Source: the human T2T-CHM13v2.0 reference genome, Homo sapiens. Taken from it: a stretch of DNA of 64,000 nucleotides. The stretch is from NCBI RefSeq assembly GCF_009914755.1, contig NC_060925.1. One strand, 5' to 3'. The notes under the pieces were generated by a model. That model ran no database searches. It worked only from the letters and a program-made list of their open reading frames with translations, and was not told the DNA's origin. This document shows, one piece after another, positions 40,245 to 53,961 of this stretch (position 1 is the first letter of the stretch; each line of letters opens with the position of its first letter). The translations under genes and the position numbers were made by a program.

Positions 40245-42218
40245 AGCCATCATTGTAACACAAAGCCCTCAGGAATACATTTATTTCATGCAGTGAAGCT
40301 CTTTTGCCATCACCATCATGGTTAAACTTACCTTCATCACTAACAAGAACATCATCACTGTGATCACAGCCACTCCCATCAGTGACCTTGATCCTTTGAG
40401 CAAACCTCCCTTAACTGGTCCAGACCTATTATTCACTTCCTTTGTAAACATCTGAAATTCTTTCAGTAAGTTCCACATTTTTGACACTCAATTGAATACT
40501 GCTTTATGTCCCAATAGATTTTTGTTAATTCTCAGGGGTGGTTTTCTCATGTTTGTCCTTTCTAAGTCCTTATAAAGTTGTCTTCTAACTCTTGATTTTG
40601 TATCACTCAAGCCCATTCATTGACAGAAAGATTAAATCATGACTTTTGCTCTACTTCTCTGAAATCAGACTCTCTGAGGTCACAATTAATGTCCAAACAG
40701 CCAAATGGAGTGGGCTCACTGGAACATTTGACAATGGGGATCATCTGCTTCATAGAATTTTCTCTATCTTTAATAACAATGCACCACTGTTCCTTAATAT
40801 TTGCCTTCTCTTTGGCTAATGCTGACCATTCTATGCAGTGTTCATGCTGTCCAACTATGAAAGCCTGGGGTCCTGGGACCTCTTTGTTCCTAATGACTGT
40901 GGTGCCCTCCTCCTTGCTCCTGGCATCAGCCAGGTCCCTATGTCATGCTCCAGGCAGAATTATGCACCCTCCACACTCCAGTGGCTCTCAGGGCTTATCT
41001 ATCAGAAATTACCTGTGTATTCCTCTGTCTTCCACACTGGCCTGTGAATCCTTCAGGAAAGGAATAATTATCCTTGTATATTGAATACTTAGTAGAGTGC
41101 CTCTGCCAAGGTGGAACAAATTAACTATCTGCCAAATTAAGTCATTTTGTCTCTAGTTTCAGATGTATCAATAAGGCAAGAATATGGATTTTCACATATC
41201 ACAGTATTCTCTACCCTTGTACTCTCCCTTAAAGCAAAGTCCAATGGACTCTCCTGTGACCAAATGGCAGCATTTGTTACTTCCCCCTCTACACCCCCAC
41301 AGCTTCTCATAGCACTGACCCACCATGACCCTATAATGCCTTAGGCTGTCTCCTAGTCCCTGCTTCACTGCCCCTTGGATTTTCTTCCCTAATCAGTGAC
41401 CTGAGCTTCACTCCCTTTCTTGACCTGCTTGTACATCCTCATGTCCCATCTGAATGGTATCCCTGTAGGACTGTTAATGGAATATTAACAGTTAATGGAG
41501 GCATTGACAGATAATCACATCCAAGGGTCATGTCTCATTTAACCTAGTGTGTGCTGTTCTTCAGAGCACTTCTGAAGCCCAAAGAATGTTATCCTAAGAC
41601 ACATCCTCTGCCCATGTGTCTATAAAGCAGCCAATCATTTGTTCTTTTATTCAGTCAGTCAATCTTTAACTCATTTATTCTTCAAGGCTACCCTCTGTGT
41701 TTATGGTTATTCCTAGAGACATGAAGATGAATAAAGTCTAGTATAGATTCTGCCTTCAACATGCTATCCATGTGGAAGAGCAGAAAGACATACAAATGGA
41801 CATGACATTGTCCTGGTGTAAAAGTTTTTAGGAGCCCATCTCTGGGTCATGTTGCCCTCTTACAGCACATAATAGAATGTTTCACAGTGCATTGTTTACA
41901 TTTATGTCCTCAAGGCAACTTGGCTCATATTTATGACAAGAGCATCTTACAAAACCAAAGCCCAAGACAAATAATACATATTTACAGAATTAATGAATGA
42001 GTGAATGCATGAAGGTGGAATGGCTGGCTTGCAGCAGGCCTGTGGAGCAGATACCTGGGCCATCTCTAGTTCCTGGGATTCCTCTTGGCCTCTGTCCAGG
42101 GAGATCCTGGAGCCTCAGGGCTGGGAGTGTGGCAAGAGTCATCCTGCTCCCAGGTTGTGAAAGTGACTGTTCTGCATACACAGTCTGTGCCTCACTCCCA
42201 GGGAGACACCAGGCCCAG

Positions 42219-42302
42219 GATAGAAGGGCTCCAGTGCAGGGCTTCTCAGTCCTTAGCCTTGTCAATTATTACTGACAGCTCCTGCATCCTCCACTGAGCC
42301 AT
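42219..42302 (+). promoter_or_regulatory. Decayed TATA-like element (GATAGAAG) and exon-1 remnant of the 43-kb LCE pseudogene; intron 42303-42819
   Basis: Paralogous to 35206-35280. Donor CAT|GTGAGT at 42303 and acceptor 'ttctttcag|' ending 42819, 21 nt before the ATG. Confidence 0.65.
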
Positions 42303-42840
42303 GTGAGTGCTTGGCAAAGACGGCTCCAGGGGTAATAGGACTGTGTGAAAAGAGAGACAGAAGAAGGCAGGCAAAGACGAAGGCATCACTGGGGGCCAGG
42401 GAGGAGGGGAAGGATGGTGAAACCTACAGCCATTGTGGTTTTTAGTAGTACTTCCTTCCAATTTATTTACTGTAAAATGAATGTTCTTGGATATGTCATC
42501 CTCCCACCAGAAATCCCTGAGTTTAGGAGTCAGAAAATGACTAAACTACCTTGTTTCCCTTGGGGAAAAGAAGGCTTATGTAGGGCTGACTTTGAAGGGC
42601 ATGGAGGGAGAAGGCCAGAATACTCCAGTTGAGGCAAAGTGGACTGAAGACAGGGAGGGTATTTATTAGGCTTACATTCCTCCAAGTCAGTTTCCAAATT
42701 CCTTTGTAGAAGTTGGTTCATGAACCAGCTCTTTGCTGGGGGGTAGGTTTCTATGAAATCCAGGAGAAAAAAATAATAGTTCTTGATATTGTGCACTGAT
42801 TTCTTTTTTTTTCTTTCAGGTTGACTGAACCTTTCCCGAC

Positions 42841-43148
42841 ATGTCTTGCCATTAAAACCAGCAGCAGTGCCAGCCCCTTTTCAAGTGCCCTCCAAATGCC
42901 TCACTTCTAAGTGAGGCACACCAGTGCCCAGCCCCATGTGTCCCTCCAGTCTTGTTCTGCCGCAGTGTCAGCTCCGGGGATTGTTGTGGCCCCAGCTCTG
43001 GGGGCTGCTGCAGCTCTGATTGGTGGCTGCTGACTGAGCCACCACAGGCCGTCTCTTCCACTGATACCAGACCTAGAACCCTGACTGCTGTGAGTGTGAG
43101 CCCACTAAGGGCTCTGGCTGCTGCCACAGCTGTAGGGGCTGCTGCTGA
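42841..43148 (+). pseudogene. LCEP1: LCE pseudogene (probably LCEP1), heavily disabled
   Basis: ATG TCT TGC CAT TAA (stop at codon 5), then [12 protein letters not shown], frameshifts, [18 protein letters not shown], further stops, and an LCE2-like tail [23 protein letters not shown]. The poly(A)-position hexamer appears to be CATAAA (43372). Symbol from recalled gene order. Confidence 0.88.
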
Positions 43149-43937
43149 CCTGGGCCCTTTCTGCAGAGGAGCAGTGATGGGAGGACCCAACTAAACATGG
43201 ACCTCCCTTTCTGAGCTTTCCTCCCCTCTCATTCTTTCTTCTCTTGTGGTGCTAGAGATGTTAAGACAAACTCTTCTCAGAGGACTCAACCCTGTGTTCT
43301 GTACAAACTCCCCAAGCTCCTAACCCCATGCCCCTGCAAAACCCCTCTGTGGAACATCAGATCCTAAATCACATAAAATTTCTTCCTCTAGTACCACCTG
43401 CTCCTTGTTCTTGATCCTCACACACATACACACACACTGCCTCCCCAGTAACCCACTCCTCCAAGCTGATTAGTGTTTTCCAGGAAAGGTGGCCCAACTC
43501 AGTCTCCAGACATCCTGGAAAACACACTGCTTTGTCCAGACAACCTCAGAGTGACCTCATCATGTAATCTGGAAATAGTACCTGCTTCCCTTCTGCCAGT
43601 CCCAGGGTTAGGGACTAGAAATGCCACATGTGTCTAGGGGAAGACACTCCTATGCTTATGTTGACATATTAATTTAGAGAAAATTGTAGTATTTATTCCG
43701 TTTTATTTTTATAGCATTCTTTGATAAATAAACAAGAAAAACAAAACCAACAGAACTGAGAGATGAAGACAGAGATGCGGAGTGCCCACCTGGAGGGTAC
43801 ATATGAGAGCTGGAACCTTAGCCTGAAGCTCCATTCTGTTTCCCTTTCAATCACACCTCATGTCACATGATCAGCCTATGTGATTTCATACTCCAAATAA
43901 TTCTGGCTCATTGTAAGCTGTTTCGGAAATGATTATT

Positions 43938-43956
43938 TTCCCACTAGGTGGCATCA
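43938..43956 (+). promoter_or_regulatory. Candidate CTCF binding motif
   Basis: CCACTAGGTGGCA at 43941-43953 matches the CTCF core CCASYAGRKGGCR exactly. Confidence 0.55.
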
Positions 43957-44339
43957 TGATGTAACAAAAATGGCTACAATTAAGCAATAATAATAATATA
44001 ATGGCAATAATGATAATTACCTTTATTGAGGGCTTATTCATGGCTTGACTCTTCACATATCTTTTCTTTAGCCTTTACAACCACCTATGAGGCAGCTATT
44101 GTTTACATTGTATGTATGATGAAACTAAAAAGGCCGAGAGAGAGCACGTGACTTGGTGTGACACACAGTTGGCTGGAGGGAAGCAACAGGGTAAGCGCAG
44201 ATGTGTCTGACTTGGAGACTTTGCTGTTTCTTTGGGCCACTCAGCCTCCTAGCTGCGGTTTTCACTTCTTGAGATTCAAACGAGAGAGTATTATGTCTGA
44301 TGGTGCCTAGTGCTAGTATAGGGTCAACGATTCATTTCC

Positions 44340-44975
44340 TGTGTTGAAACAAATAGTCTCCATCCCTGTCTCTCTGCTTCCGCTCAACTTCCCAACACCA
44401 TTCCTCACAGGGCACCTGGAGACTGGTCCCATCACGCCTCTACCTAAAACAGTTGCTATCGGTCTAAGGACATAGACCTGGTTCTTAAAACCAGGCACCA
44501 ACTGGCCCCTTCTGCCCGCTGTTACCACACTGGCTGCTTTCAGTTCTGTGAAGGTGCCATGATCCCTCCTGCCCCCCACACACTCCTCTTGCACATGGAG
44601 TTCCCTTTCTAGCATGCTTTTCCCACTCCTTTGCTTCTACTTATCCTTCAGATCTCAGCCCCATAGCCGCTTATTCAGGAAAGCCCTCCCTGGCCCAGTT
44701 AGCTCTCCCCTGTCCTGTTCACCCACCCCTAGGGAGCTTTTGCTGCTCTGTGGACCTCTCCTGTCAAATATTAATCAAGGTTATCATTGGCTATTTGTCT
44801 CTGTGACCCTTGGGTTTGTCCTGCTGACCAAAAGCTCATTCAGCACTGGAATTGTATTTAATAGTTTGCATATCTTACCACTGTCTCCACAGGGCATAGC
44901 ATGGTGCTTCTTACTTAGTAAATGCTTAATAAATATTTGTTGAGTGAATACTTGCATGAATGAATGAATGATTGA
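44340..44975 (+). mobile_element. L2 3' end
   Basis: 'ttctacttatccttcagatctcagc', ending 'aataaatatttgttgagtgaat...gaatgaatgaatga'. Confidence 0.7.
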
Positions 44976-45879
44976 ATCAGTATCCTCACCATTATCACCA
45001 TCATCCTTTCATCATTGTTAGTATTGAAATATCTTTCTTAACTCTTCGTGTCCCTTGGACACATATATACTAAAAAATTTTGTAGTCTACCTCAAATTCA
45101 AATTTATCTGAATCTTGTATTTTTATTTGCTAAATCTGGAAATCCTGCCCCACACATTGGCCTTTTTGTGCTGTTGGCTACCCAACTTCATAATTGGAGA
45201 TTCACAGCCCATCCTCTCACTCACTGCTTGACATGCGTGGCTGTTTCTCCAGAGTGGATGTTAAAGTCTTTGGAAGGCAGTGCCTTGTCTGTGTATCTTT
45301 GTGCTTTCCTTATTAGACTGTAAGATCCCTGGGGAAGAGGCAGTGAATACATGCTCAGGGAGTGCTTGTTGACTAAATGATGGTGACTATTCTTAATCCA
45401 ATGTGAGGAATCTGGTAGGTGATCTGTAAATATATGTTGAGTGAACTAGACTGAATAAGCTCCACTTCATAAACTAAGATCTTTTCTATTCCAGGTAGAG
45501 TGTGTGAGATAACGACTATTAATAGGGAAGACCTTTAAAATGTAGTAATCACCAAAGGAAATACACAGTTTTCCTGGATTATGGGTTGACCTCTTGTGAA
45601 CATGTCAATGTAGGTGATTAGTATCCCCAGCACACTTGGGAAAGATACCTAACTGAGGTTCAAACAGAGGCTTATCCTATCTTTTAGAGGGAATTAGTAT
45701 GGCAGAGAGGTTGGATCTCAAGGAGTTTGTGATTCTACGGTTCATAAATGTAATTTAGGTTTCACCAAGATTTATAGATATAGTCTCACAGACGTGTATA
45801 TATGTGTGTGTGTAGATATATATGTACTTATGCATACAACATATATGTATATGCACATATGTATACACACATATATAAT

Positions 45880-47050
45880 CTTTATTGAGATAATTCACAT
45901 ATCCATTTATTTAAAGTATAAAACTCAATGTTTTTAGTGTATTCTCAGAGCTGTGTTATCATCACTACAATCTAATTTTAGAATGTTTTCCTCACCCCAA
46001 GAAATCCTGTAGCCAAAGTAGTCACACCCCACTCCCCCAAGTCCTATTTTCCATCTCTACAAATTTGCCTATTCTGGATATTTTATATAAATGGGATCAT
46101 ACAGTATGTGGTATTTTGTGACTGACTTCTTTCACTGAGCATAACATTTTCAAGGTTCAACCACGTTGGAGCGTGTATCAGATTTTTATTCTTCTTTATG
46201 GCTAATTAATATTCCCTCATATAGGTTAACCATGTTGTGTTTATCCATTCATCAGTTGACGGATGCATATGTTGTTTTCACATTTTGGCTATTGTGCATA
46301 ATGCTGCTTTGAAACATTCATGTGCAAGTTTTTAAGTGGATATACGTTTTCATTTTGCTTGCATGGAATTTTCATTTTTGCTAGGAGTGGGATTAATGAA
46401 TCATATAGTACTCTATGTTTAACTATGTGAGGAATTGTCAAATTGTTTTCCACAGTGACTGTACCATGTCCATCCCCACAGCAGTGTATTAATGGTTCCA
46501 ATTTCTCCACATCCTCCCCAACTCTTGTTCTTGTCTATTTTTTCTGACTATAATAATGCTAGTGGGTATGAAGTGGTATGTCATTGTGGTTTTAATTTGT
46601 ATTTCCTTAATGACTGATGATGTTGAGCAACTTTTCGTGTGCTTGTTGGCTGTTTGTATATCTTTTTTGGAGAACTGTCTATTCACATCCATTGCCCATT
46701 TTTAAATTGTATTATGTTCTTATTATTGAATCTCAAGAGTTTTTACATATTCTAGATAAAAGGCACTTTATAGATATATGAATTGCAAATATTTTCTCTT
46801 ATTATGTGGGTCATCTTTTCATTTTTTAATGGTATCATTTGCAACTTGAAAGTTTTTAATTTTATTAAATTCAATTTTTCTATTTTTTTATTTGTCACTT
46901 GTGTTTTTGGTATTGTAGTTAAAAAACTATTGCTTAACCCAATGTCATGAAGATTTACTCCTGTGTTTTCTTCTAAGAGTTTTATAGTTTTAGCTTTTAC
47001 ATTTAGGTATATAATCTATTTTGAGTAACTTTCTGCGTATGATGTGAGGA
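45880..47050 (-). mobile_element. L1M (L1MB/MA-like) 3' region
   Basis: 'ttttattgagataattcacat', 'gaagtggtatgtcattgtggttttaatttgtatttcc', 'ttttcttctaagagttttatagttttagc'. Confidence 0.85.
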
Positions 47051-47217
47051 ATCATATATTTTTTATCTTAATTTCATTTGTATATTCTTACAGGCAACTC
47101 TATATAGTCTTATTGCACAAATTTCTCTTCTTATCTTTCTATATGCATGTCTAATGATGATAGTCTGTTTTCACTGCTTTATGTCTATTTCTTTCATTGT
47201 TCTTCCTCAATCTATAG

Positions 47218-47298
47218 TTCTCTCTCTCTCTCTCTCTCCCTCTCTCTTTCTCTCTCTCTTTCCCTCTCTCTTTCTTTCTCTCTTTCTCTCTCTCTTTC
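47218..47298. repeat. (TC)n / (TCTT)n polypyrimidine tract
   Basis: Seen directly. Confidence 0.9.
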
Positions 47299-47626
47299 TA
47301 ACTCAATTTTTGTCTCTCTAATTTGAACCTAATATTAGGACCAGAAGTAATTTTAGAATTTATTTAGACCAACTGATTCCCAGGTAATTCAAGTGATTTT
47401 GCTGGAGGCCAGATAACTTCTAATGTATTCTTTATTGTAATTAAATATGTTTATCATCAATTAATAAATTTTATAATAATAAATTAACTTTAGGCAAAAA
47501 TATATTTAATAAAGTGTTAAATCCTAAACGGAAAGTCAGTTTTTCTTTGAAACTCACGGCAAACAAATAATTCAAACACAAAAAGTTAATCTGTATCATT
47601 ACATTCTATTTAATAACTGAAATGTC

Positions 47627-47905
47627 TTTTTTTTTTTTTTGAAATGGAGTTTCACTCTCATTGCCCAGGCTGGAGTGCAATGGTACAATCTCAGCCCACT
47701 GAAACCTCCGCCTCCCGGGTTCAAGAGATTCTCCTGCCTCAGCCTCCTGAGTAGCTGGGATTACGGGCATGTACCACTATGCCCAGCTAATTTTGTATTT
47801 TTAGTAGAGACAGGGCTTCTCCATGTTGGTCAGGCTGGTCTCAAACTCCTGACCTCAGGTGATCCGCCTGCCTCAGCCTCCCAAAATGCTGGGATTACAG
47901 GCATG
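47627..47905 (-). mobile_element. AluS-like element
   Basis: Poly-T, then 'gaaatggagtttcactctcattgcccaggctggagtgcaatgg...ctcaggtgatccgcctgcctcagcctccc'. Confidence 0.93.
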
Positions 47906-48924
47906 AAAGTCATCTTTTTTCTAGCCAACTTACACCTGCTGAAGTCATTCCTATTATCTATCAAATAACCAATTATTTTCATTGTCCTCTGGGGCTTATC
48001 ACTGATTTTATTATGTCATTCAGCAAACATTTAATGAACACTTTTAGGAAGCCAGTTTTCTTCTGGGCACAGTCTTTTGCCATCAAGAGGTTCATTATCT
48101 AGTGTAGAAAACAGACACATCAGCATAGAAATGCAATACCAGTAGGTCCTACAATATTGGCAGGAGTTTGGCATACAGTGGGAATAGGGGTGAGTGAGGA
48201 GACAGTGTTCTTAACAAAGGAAAGAATTTTGAGAAATGGAAGTGAATGAAGCACCAACCTACATTGGGAGCAATTTTGAGAAGTTAGATGTAGGTTAAGG
48301 CTTCTAAATAACCAAAGACTACTTGGCATTTGGTGTATCCTTGCCAATAATTGAGCCCCCTTTGTTGTTTTCTAGATCATTGGATATTGATAACCCAGCA
48401 ATACTGCTAACATTCTTTGAGACTCAACATGTGATTAAGCAAGGCTCTCCATTCACCAAATGTGATGATGGTCTGAGAGTTTCCTATGACTTCAACAAGT
48501 GGTTGATTTAGCTTCACATTAGGCTTAAAATATTATTGTTTAAGTAAAATGAGCATTGTAAGATAGTGAGCTGTATAGAAACTTAAATTATCTGTACAAG
48601 CAGGAATACAACTTGCCTACCCTCATTTTTATCCTGCCAATGAAACATACATATATTTCCTTTAATTGAACTGAGACAACATCAAATTTGCAAAATGTGA
48701 AGAAGGGTTGAAGTAGATATATAGTTCTACTTCCCTTGCTTCTCTACATTCTCTGGTTATACATTCCCAGCTCCAGCCTCTCCTTCTCTCTCCCTATGCA
48801 TCTATTTGGTGTTCTCTATCACTATCCTTATTGTGCTTTCTCTTCAATCTTTTAATGCCCCTGTTAAAGGTGGCTGCAGACAGCATTGGGAAACTCTTCC
48901 TCTCTGCTTAGTATTAATTTTATT

Positions 48925-49265
48925 CTTCTTTATTTTATTTATTTGTTTTTTGTTTCATTTTACCTTTTTTTTGTTGGTTTTGAGACAGAGTCTACTTTTG
49001 TCACCCAGGCTGAAATGCCATGGTGTAATCACAGCTCACTGAAGCCTTGAGCTCCTAGGCTCAAGCGATTCTCCCACCTCAGCCTCTCAAGTAGCCAGGA
49101 CTACAGGCGTGCATCACTGCACATGGCTAATGTTTTTATTTTTCGTAGAGAAGGGGGTCTCCCAATATTGCCCAGGCTGGTCTTGAAGTCCAATGCTCAA
49201 GCAATCCCCCCACCTTGGCCTCCCAAAATGCTGGGATTACAGGCACAAGTAACCATGGCTGGTCA
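48925..49265 (-). mobile_element. AluJ-like element
   Basis: 'gagacagagtc...atcacagctcactgaagccttgagctcctaggctcaagcgattctccc'. Confidence 0.9.
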
Positions 49266-50849
49266 ACTTTGTTCTTCCTGATACAGCTCTTGGGTGTCCT
49301 TGTCTCTTAATCTACTTAACAGTCATATGATGAAAACCTGTGATACTATTTTTCACCTTTACCCTACTTGACACATAGGTACTATGCAGTTTAGATATGT
49401 GTCTGATCTACCAGAGCTGGGCTTAAGGAGGAAAGCTCAATAGCACTCAGGTAAAATGCTGATTTCTTCAATGCTTGAAGGTAGAAGTCACAAGGCACTA
49501 AGCATTCATACTGAAATATTGGAAGATACCTCAGATGACAAATACCACCTTCATGTCAGGGATGAGTCCCAGGACATATATGTCTATTACAGTGATGGGA
49601 GGGAGACTAAAATGGAAAGATTGTGAAATGATACAAGGGAAAAGATTCTTCTTGAATCTGTTGAAAACACTTATCTTTGGAGCAGAGGGCAAGTATGGAT
49701 GTCCTAGCTCTCAGGATCAAGATATCATTAAATTCCTTCAAATGAAAATCCAGGGTCTCAAAGGTTCATAATTCCTGGAAATAATCTCATAGTTTAATAA
49801 AACATTGAGTGCATCTCTGTTCTCTAACTCAAGGTAACTTCACCTTACTGTATGTCTACTTTCAGAGGCCTCTCTCACCAGATCATTTGGCTATAAGTCC
49901 TGGTTCTGCTGTTTCCAAGCTTGTTATCTACAACAAATTACTTCATCTTTGAGCCTTTGTTCTCTCATTTTTTATAAATAATGATAATGATAGGTACCCT
50001 GCAGAGTTGTTTGAAAAATTAAGAGTTAACATAATTCAGCTCCCTAGCTAAATGACAGTAATAGAGCAAGTCCTCAGTGAATTATCTCCAGATTTATGTG
50101 TGCTTTCCAAGTTGCCTCCACCTTTTTGTTGATTAACGTATCCTGCTATTCCTGTGCCTCATGATCTCTTTCATGTGATCTGCCCATTCCTAATTTGCTC
50201 CATTTACACGTCTGTATTTATTTAAATTTGTAACTTCATCTTCATCTTTTGCCCTGTATGCCATTGTTTCTAAGTGTATGTTAATAATTTTATGGATATC
50301 TTTATATTTAGCTTTCTTCTGATAGTTCATACCAATTTTATAAATCACTACATACTTATCATTTATTCCTAGATTTATATTATTATATTTCTAGCCACAT
50401 GTATTTCAACCTATATTAATTATTTCTAAATACCTCCATTTATCTAAATAGCCTCAATATCTTTCCCTAAAATTAATGACTTCTTTCTGGAGATAGTCTC
50501 TGCCTTTAGTACATCCTTTTATCTATAGTTATGTGTATAATATATATTGTATATAGCAATATACAATATATCATCCATATATATCATCATTGATCCTTTT
50601 GCTACCATTATGGTTTTTAATATGACCTTTGCATATTATCATGTATTTGTTTTTTGTATTTCAATAGATAATAAAATGAATCAATCCATAAAATGCAACA
50701 TAAGATATACATATACTAGGCTTATATGCATATAAGCATGTGGAAGGGTATGTGTATATTTGTAAAAATGAAAATGAAATGTTTAATCAACAAGGTAAAA
50801 TGAGCAAAGCATTAGCACAACACCTCTTTTGGGATACAATATTTACATA

Positions 50850-51720
50850 CCAAAACTTATTTTCACTGAGGAATTTACAGATGGCGTAGAAGACAGGAAT
50901 GTAAATAATCACAAAACACATGATCACTTCAATGAGGGGTGTGTATGAATTGCTGCCGGAGCTCAGAGTTGAGTCATGGCTTAGTGGACAGAGAACACTG
51001 CAAAGGAAGTGACATTGTAGTTGTCTCAGATGATGAGCAATAGTTCCACATGTGGGTAGGAGATGAAAGGGCATTTCAGGCAGAAGAAACAGCATTTGCA
51101 AAGATCTGACATAGTGAAATATCAAGGCATGCATAGAGAATGAAAGCCACTATGCATGCCACCTTTGATGCTTTCTGGAGTGGTAGGGGGGTCGGGAGGT
51201 AGTGATGATGAGAGGATGTAAAGCTGGAAGGGTAGACCTGAGGCAGCTTATGAAAGGATTTGTATGTCTTGCTTAGGAGTTTGAACATTTTCCACTAGAC
51301 AATGGGAAGCAAAGGGAATAACATAATCAGCTTTGTTTTTAATTTTATTTAATTTTTAGGATGATCACTCTTGTGGCTATTTGTAAGTTAAACGAAAGAA
51401 GAAAAGACTGGACTCAGAAAAAAACAGTTAAGAGATCATTGCACCATGTAGGAAGTCATGAAGACCTGAGATGCAGCAGGGGCAGAGGGGGGAAGAGTAG
51501 GGGTGTATTTGAAAGCAAGTACAAAGCAGAATGAATAGTGTGGTGACTGTATGTTAAGTTAAGGTGGAACCAGCATCCAGGGTGAATGAAAAATGGTGTG
51601 AATGGATCATTGTCAGAAACTGGACCTTGGAAAAAGAAAATGTATAGGAGGAGATGAAAACTTATTTTTGTCCACATTGAGTTGGTTGAGCCAAAATGGA
51701 AACACCTATAAATATATACA
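50850..51720 (-). mobile_element. L2 fragments
   Basis: 'ggaagtgacatt', 'aacagcatttgcaaagatctga', 'aggatgatcactcttgtggct', 'cacattgagtt'. Confidence 0.55.
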
Positions 51721-52912
51721 TAATCACAGAGATTAAAAGACCACACTGATGCCTAGCTAAAGAAATGATTTAGTTTGAATAAATCACCAAATTAGAATGC
51801 CCTTTAAAAGAGTTCTAAACTTCACCGGAGAAAAAGAGAATACGCCATATTTAACCCTGCCTTTAGACAATCTCATTACTTGTTCCAGTTATTTAAGCAA
51901 TGACAACTTTTTAATTCTAGAGCCTTACACACAAGAGAAGGAAGAATTTCAGGAGTCAAATCATTTGCTTCTAGCTTAACAATCAGTCTCTAAAATATTG
52001 TTGAAAACTCTAAGAGCTAACCTCATTGTCGTCTCTAAGACTTAACTTTCAGGCTCTTTCTACTCCCACCCCTATGCTTTATTTCTCTTCATAAGAAGCA
52101 AGAAGCAAAAAGTAACAAGGGTTGCAGTACTCTGATCTCTAGATGAGACAATGCCAAGTCATTCTCTAGTGATTAAGGATACATGAACCAAGCCTAATTT
52201 TATACCCTTCCTTCCACTCATCTATCTATCCATCAACAGGCTTATATGTCAGGATACAGAGAGACATAGCCATTAGGATTCAATAATTTGTATTCTCTTG
52301 AGGCCAGCTGATCTATGCTCTCAGTTTTCGTTGTTCACTGCTTTCCTGACCACCCTCTTAGTGAACATAGTCCTAGGGCTATTCAAGTTCATAGCACCTT
52401 GGCCAAAGTGTGTGATCAGAGAAATCACTTTGGAAGTGGAAAGAGTCCTGATCTGGGACTTGGGCTACCTGAAATCTAGTCCCTTCAAGGCAGCCATTAG
52501 CTTCAGGTCCCTAGATAGCTTCCTCTCTCTGAGATTTATAGTCTTCATCTGTAGAATGACAAAGTGGGGCCAGATAATTCCTGGGGGTTCTTGTTGCCAT
52601 GACATTCTGAAAATCTATGATCCTACTCAAGTTTTAAATAGTATCTGGAGACCCCTCTGGAATGAGTGACAGGATTCAGAACTAGGAATCCAAAATCATG
52701 TTGAGTTGGGCAGACATCCCCCTGGGACAGATTCCATGCACATAGTTGGCATATGTACTGTGAGTTACAAAGCACCTTCATTCCCATTATCTGATTGTTT
52801 CTTTGTGGGAACCTGGTAAAGTCAGTATTATCACTTTTATCGTCATATGAGGAAAATAAAGTCCAGACAGCTAAGTGGCTAATTAAGTTCGTTTTAACTG
52901 TGAGGTGTCAGA

Positions 52913-53896
52913 TTTATTTATTATATTTTTTAAATTTTTTATTTCCATAGGTTTTTGGGAAATAGGAAGTATTTGATTACATGAGTAAGTTCTTTAGTGA
53001 TGATATGTGAGATTTTGGTGCACCCATCACCCAAGCAGTATACATTGAACCCAAGTTGTAGTCTTTTATCCCCCACCCCCTTCCCGTCTTTCCCCTGAGT
53101 CCCCAAAGTCCATTGTATCATTCTTATGCCTTTGCATCATCATACCTTAGCTTCCACTTATCGGTGAGAACATACAATGTTCGGTTTTACATTCCTGAGT
53201 TACTTCACCTAGAATAATAGTCTCCAATTCCCTCCAGGTTACTGCGAATGCCATTAGTTTATTCCTTTTTATGGCTGAGTAGTATTCCATCATATACATA
53301 TACTACAGAGTCTTTATCCACTTGTTGATGAATGGGCGTTTGGGTTGGTTCCATATTTTTTCAGTTGCAAATTGAGCTGCTATAAACACACATGAGCAAG
53401 TATCTTGTTCGTATAATGACTTCTTTTCCTCTGGGTAGTTACCCAACAATGGGATTACTGGATCAAATGGTAGTTCTACTTTTAATTCTTTAAGGAATCT
53501 CCACACTGTTTCCCATAGTGGCTGTACTAGTTTACATTCCGACCAGGAGTGTAGAAGTGTTCCCTTTTAACCGCATCCATGCCAACATCTATTATTTTTT
53601 GCTTTTTTTATTATCGCCATTCTTGCAGGAGTAAGGTGGTATCACATTGTGGTTTTGTGGTCATTTCCCTGGTCATTAGGGATGTTGAGCATTTTTTCAT
53701 GTATGCTGGTCATTTGTATGTCTTCTTTTGAGAATTGTCTATTCATGTCCTCAACCAAGTCTTTGATGGGATTGTTTGTTTTTTTTTCTTGCTAATTTGT
53801 TTGAGTTCCTTATAGATTCTGGATATTATTCCTTTGTCGGATATATAAGTTGTGAAGATTTTCTCCCACTCTGTGGGTTGTCTGTTTACTCTGCTG
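52913..53896 (-). mobile_element. 5'-truncated L1PB-like 3' end
   Basis: 'ttttatttccataggtttttggg...ttacatgagtaagttctttagtg...gattttggtgcacccatcacc'. ORF 53303-53506(-) '[22 protein letters not shown]' is the L1 ORF2 C-terminus. Confidence 0.92.
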
Positions 53897-53961
53897 AAGT
53901 GGCTAATTAAGTTTTAAGTACTTTAGATTAGTTTTCTCATTTAATTAACACAACAACCCTA

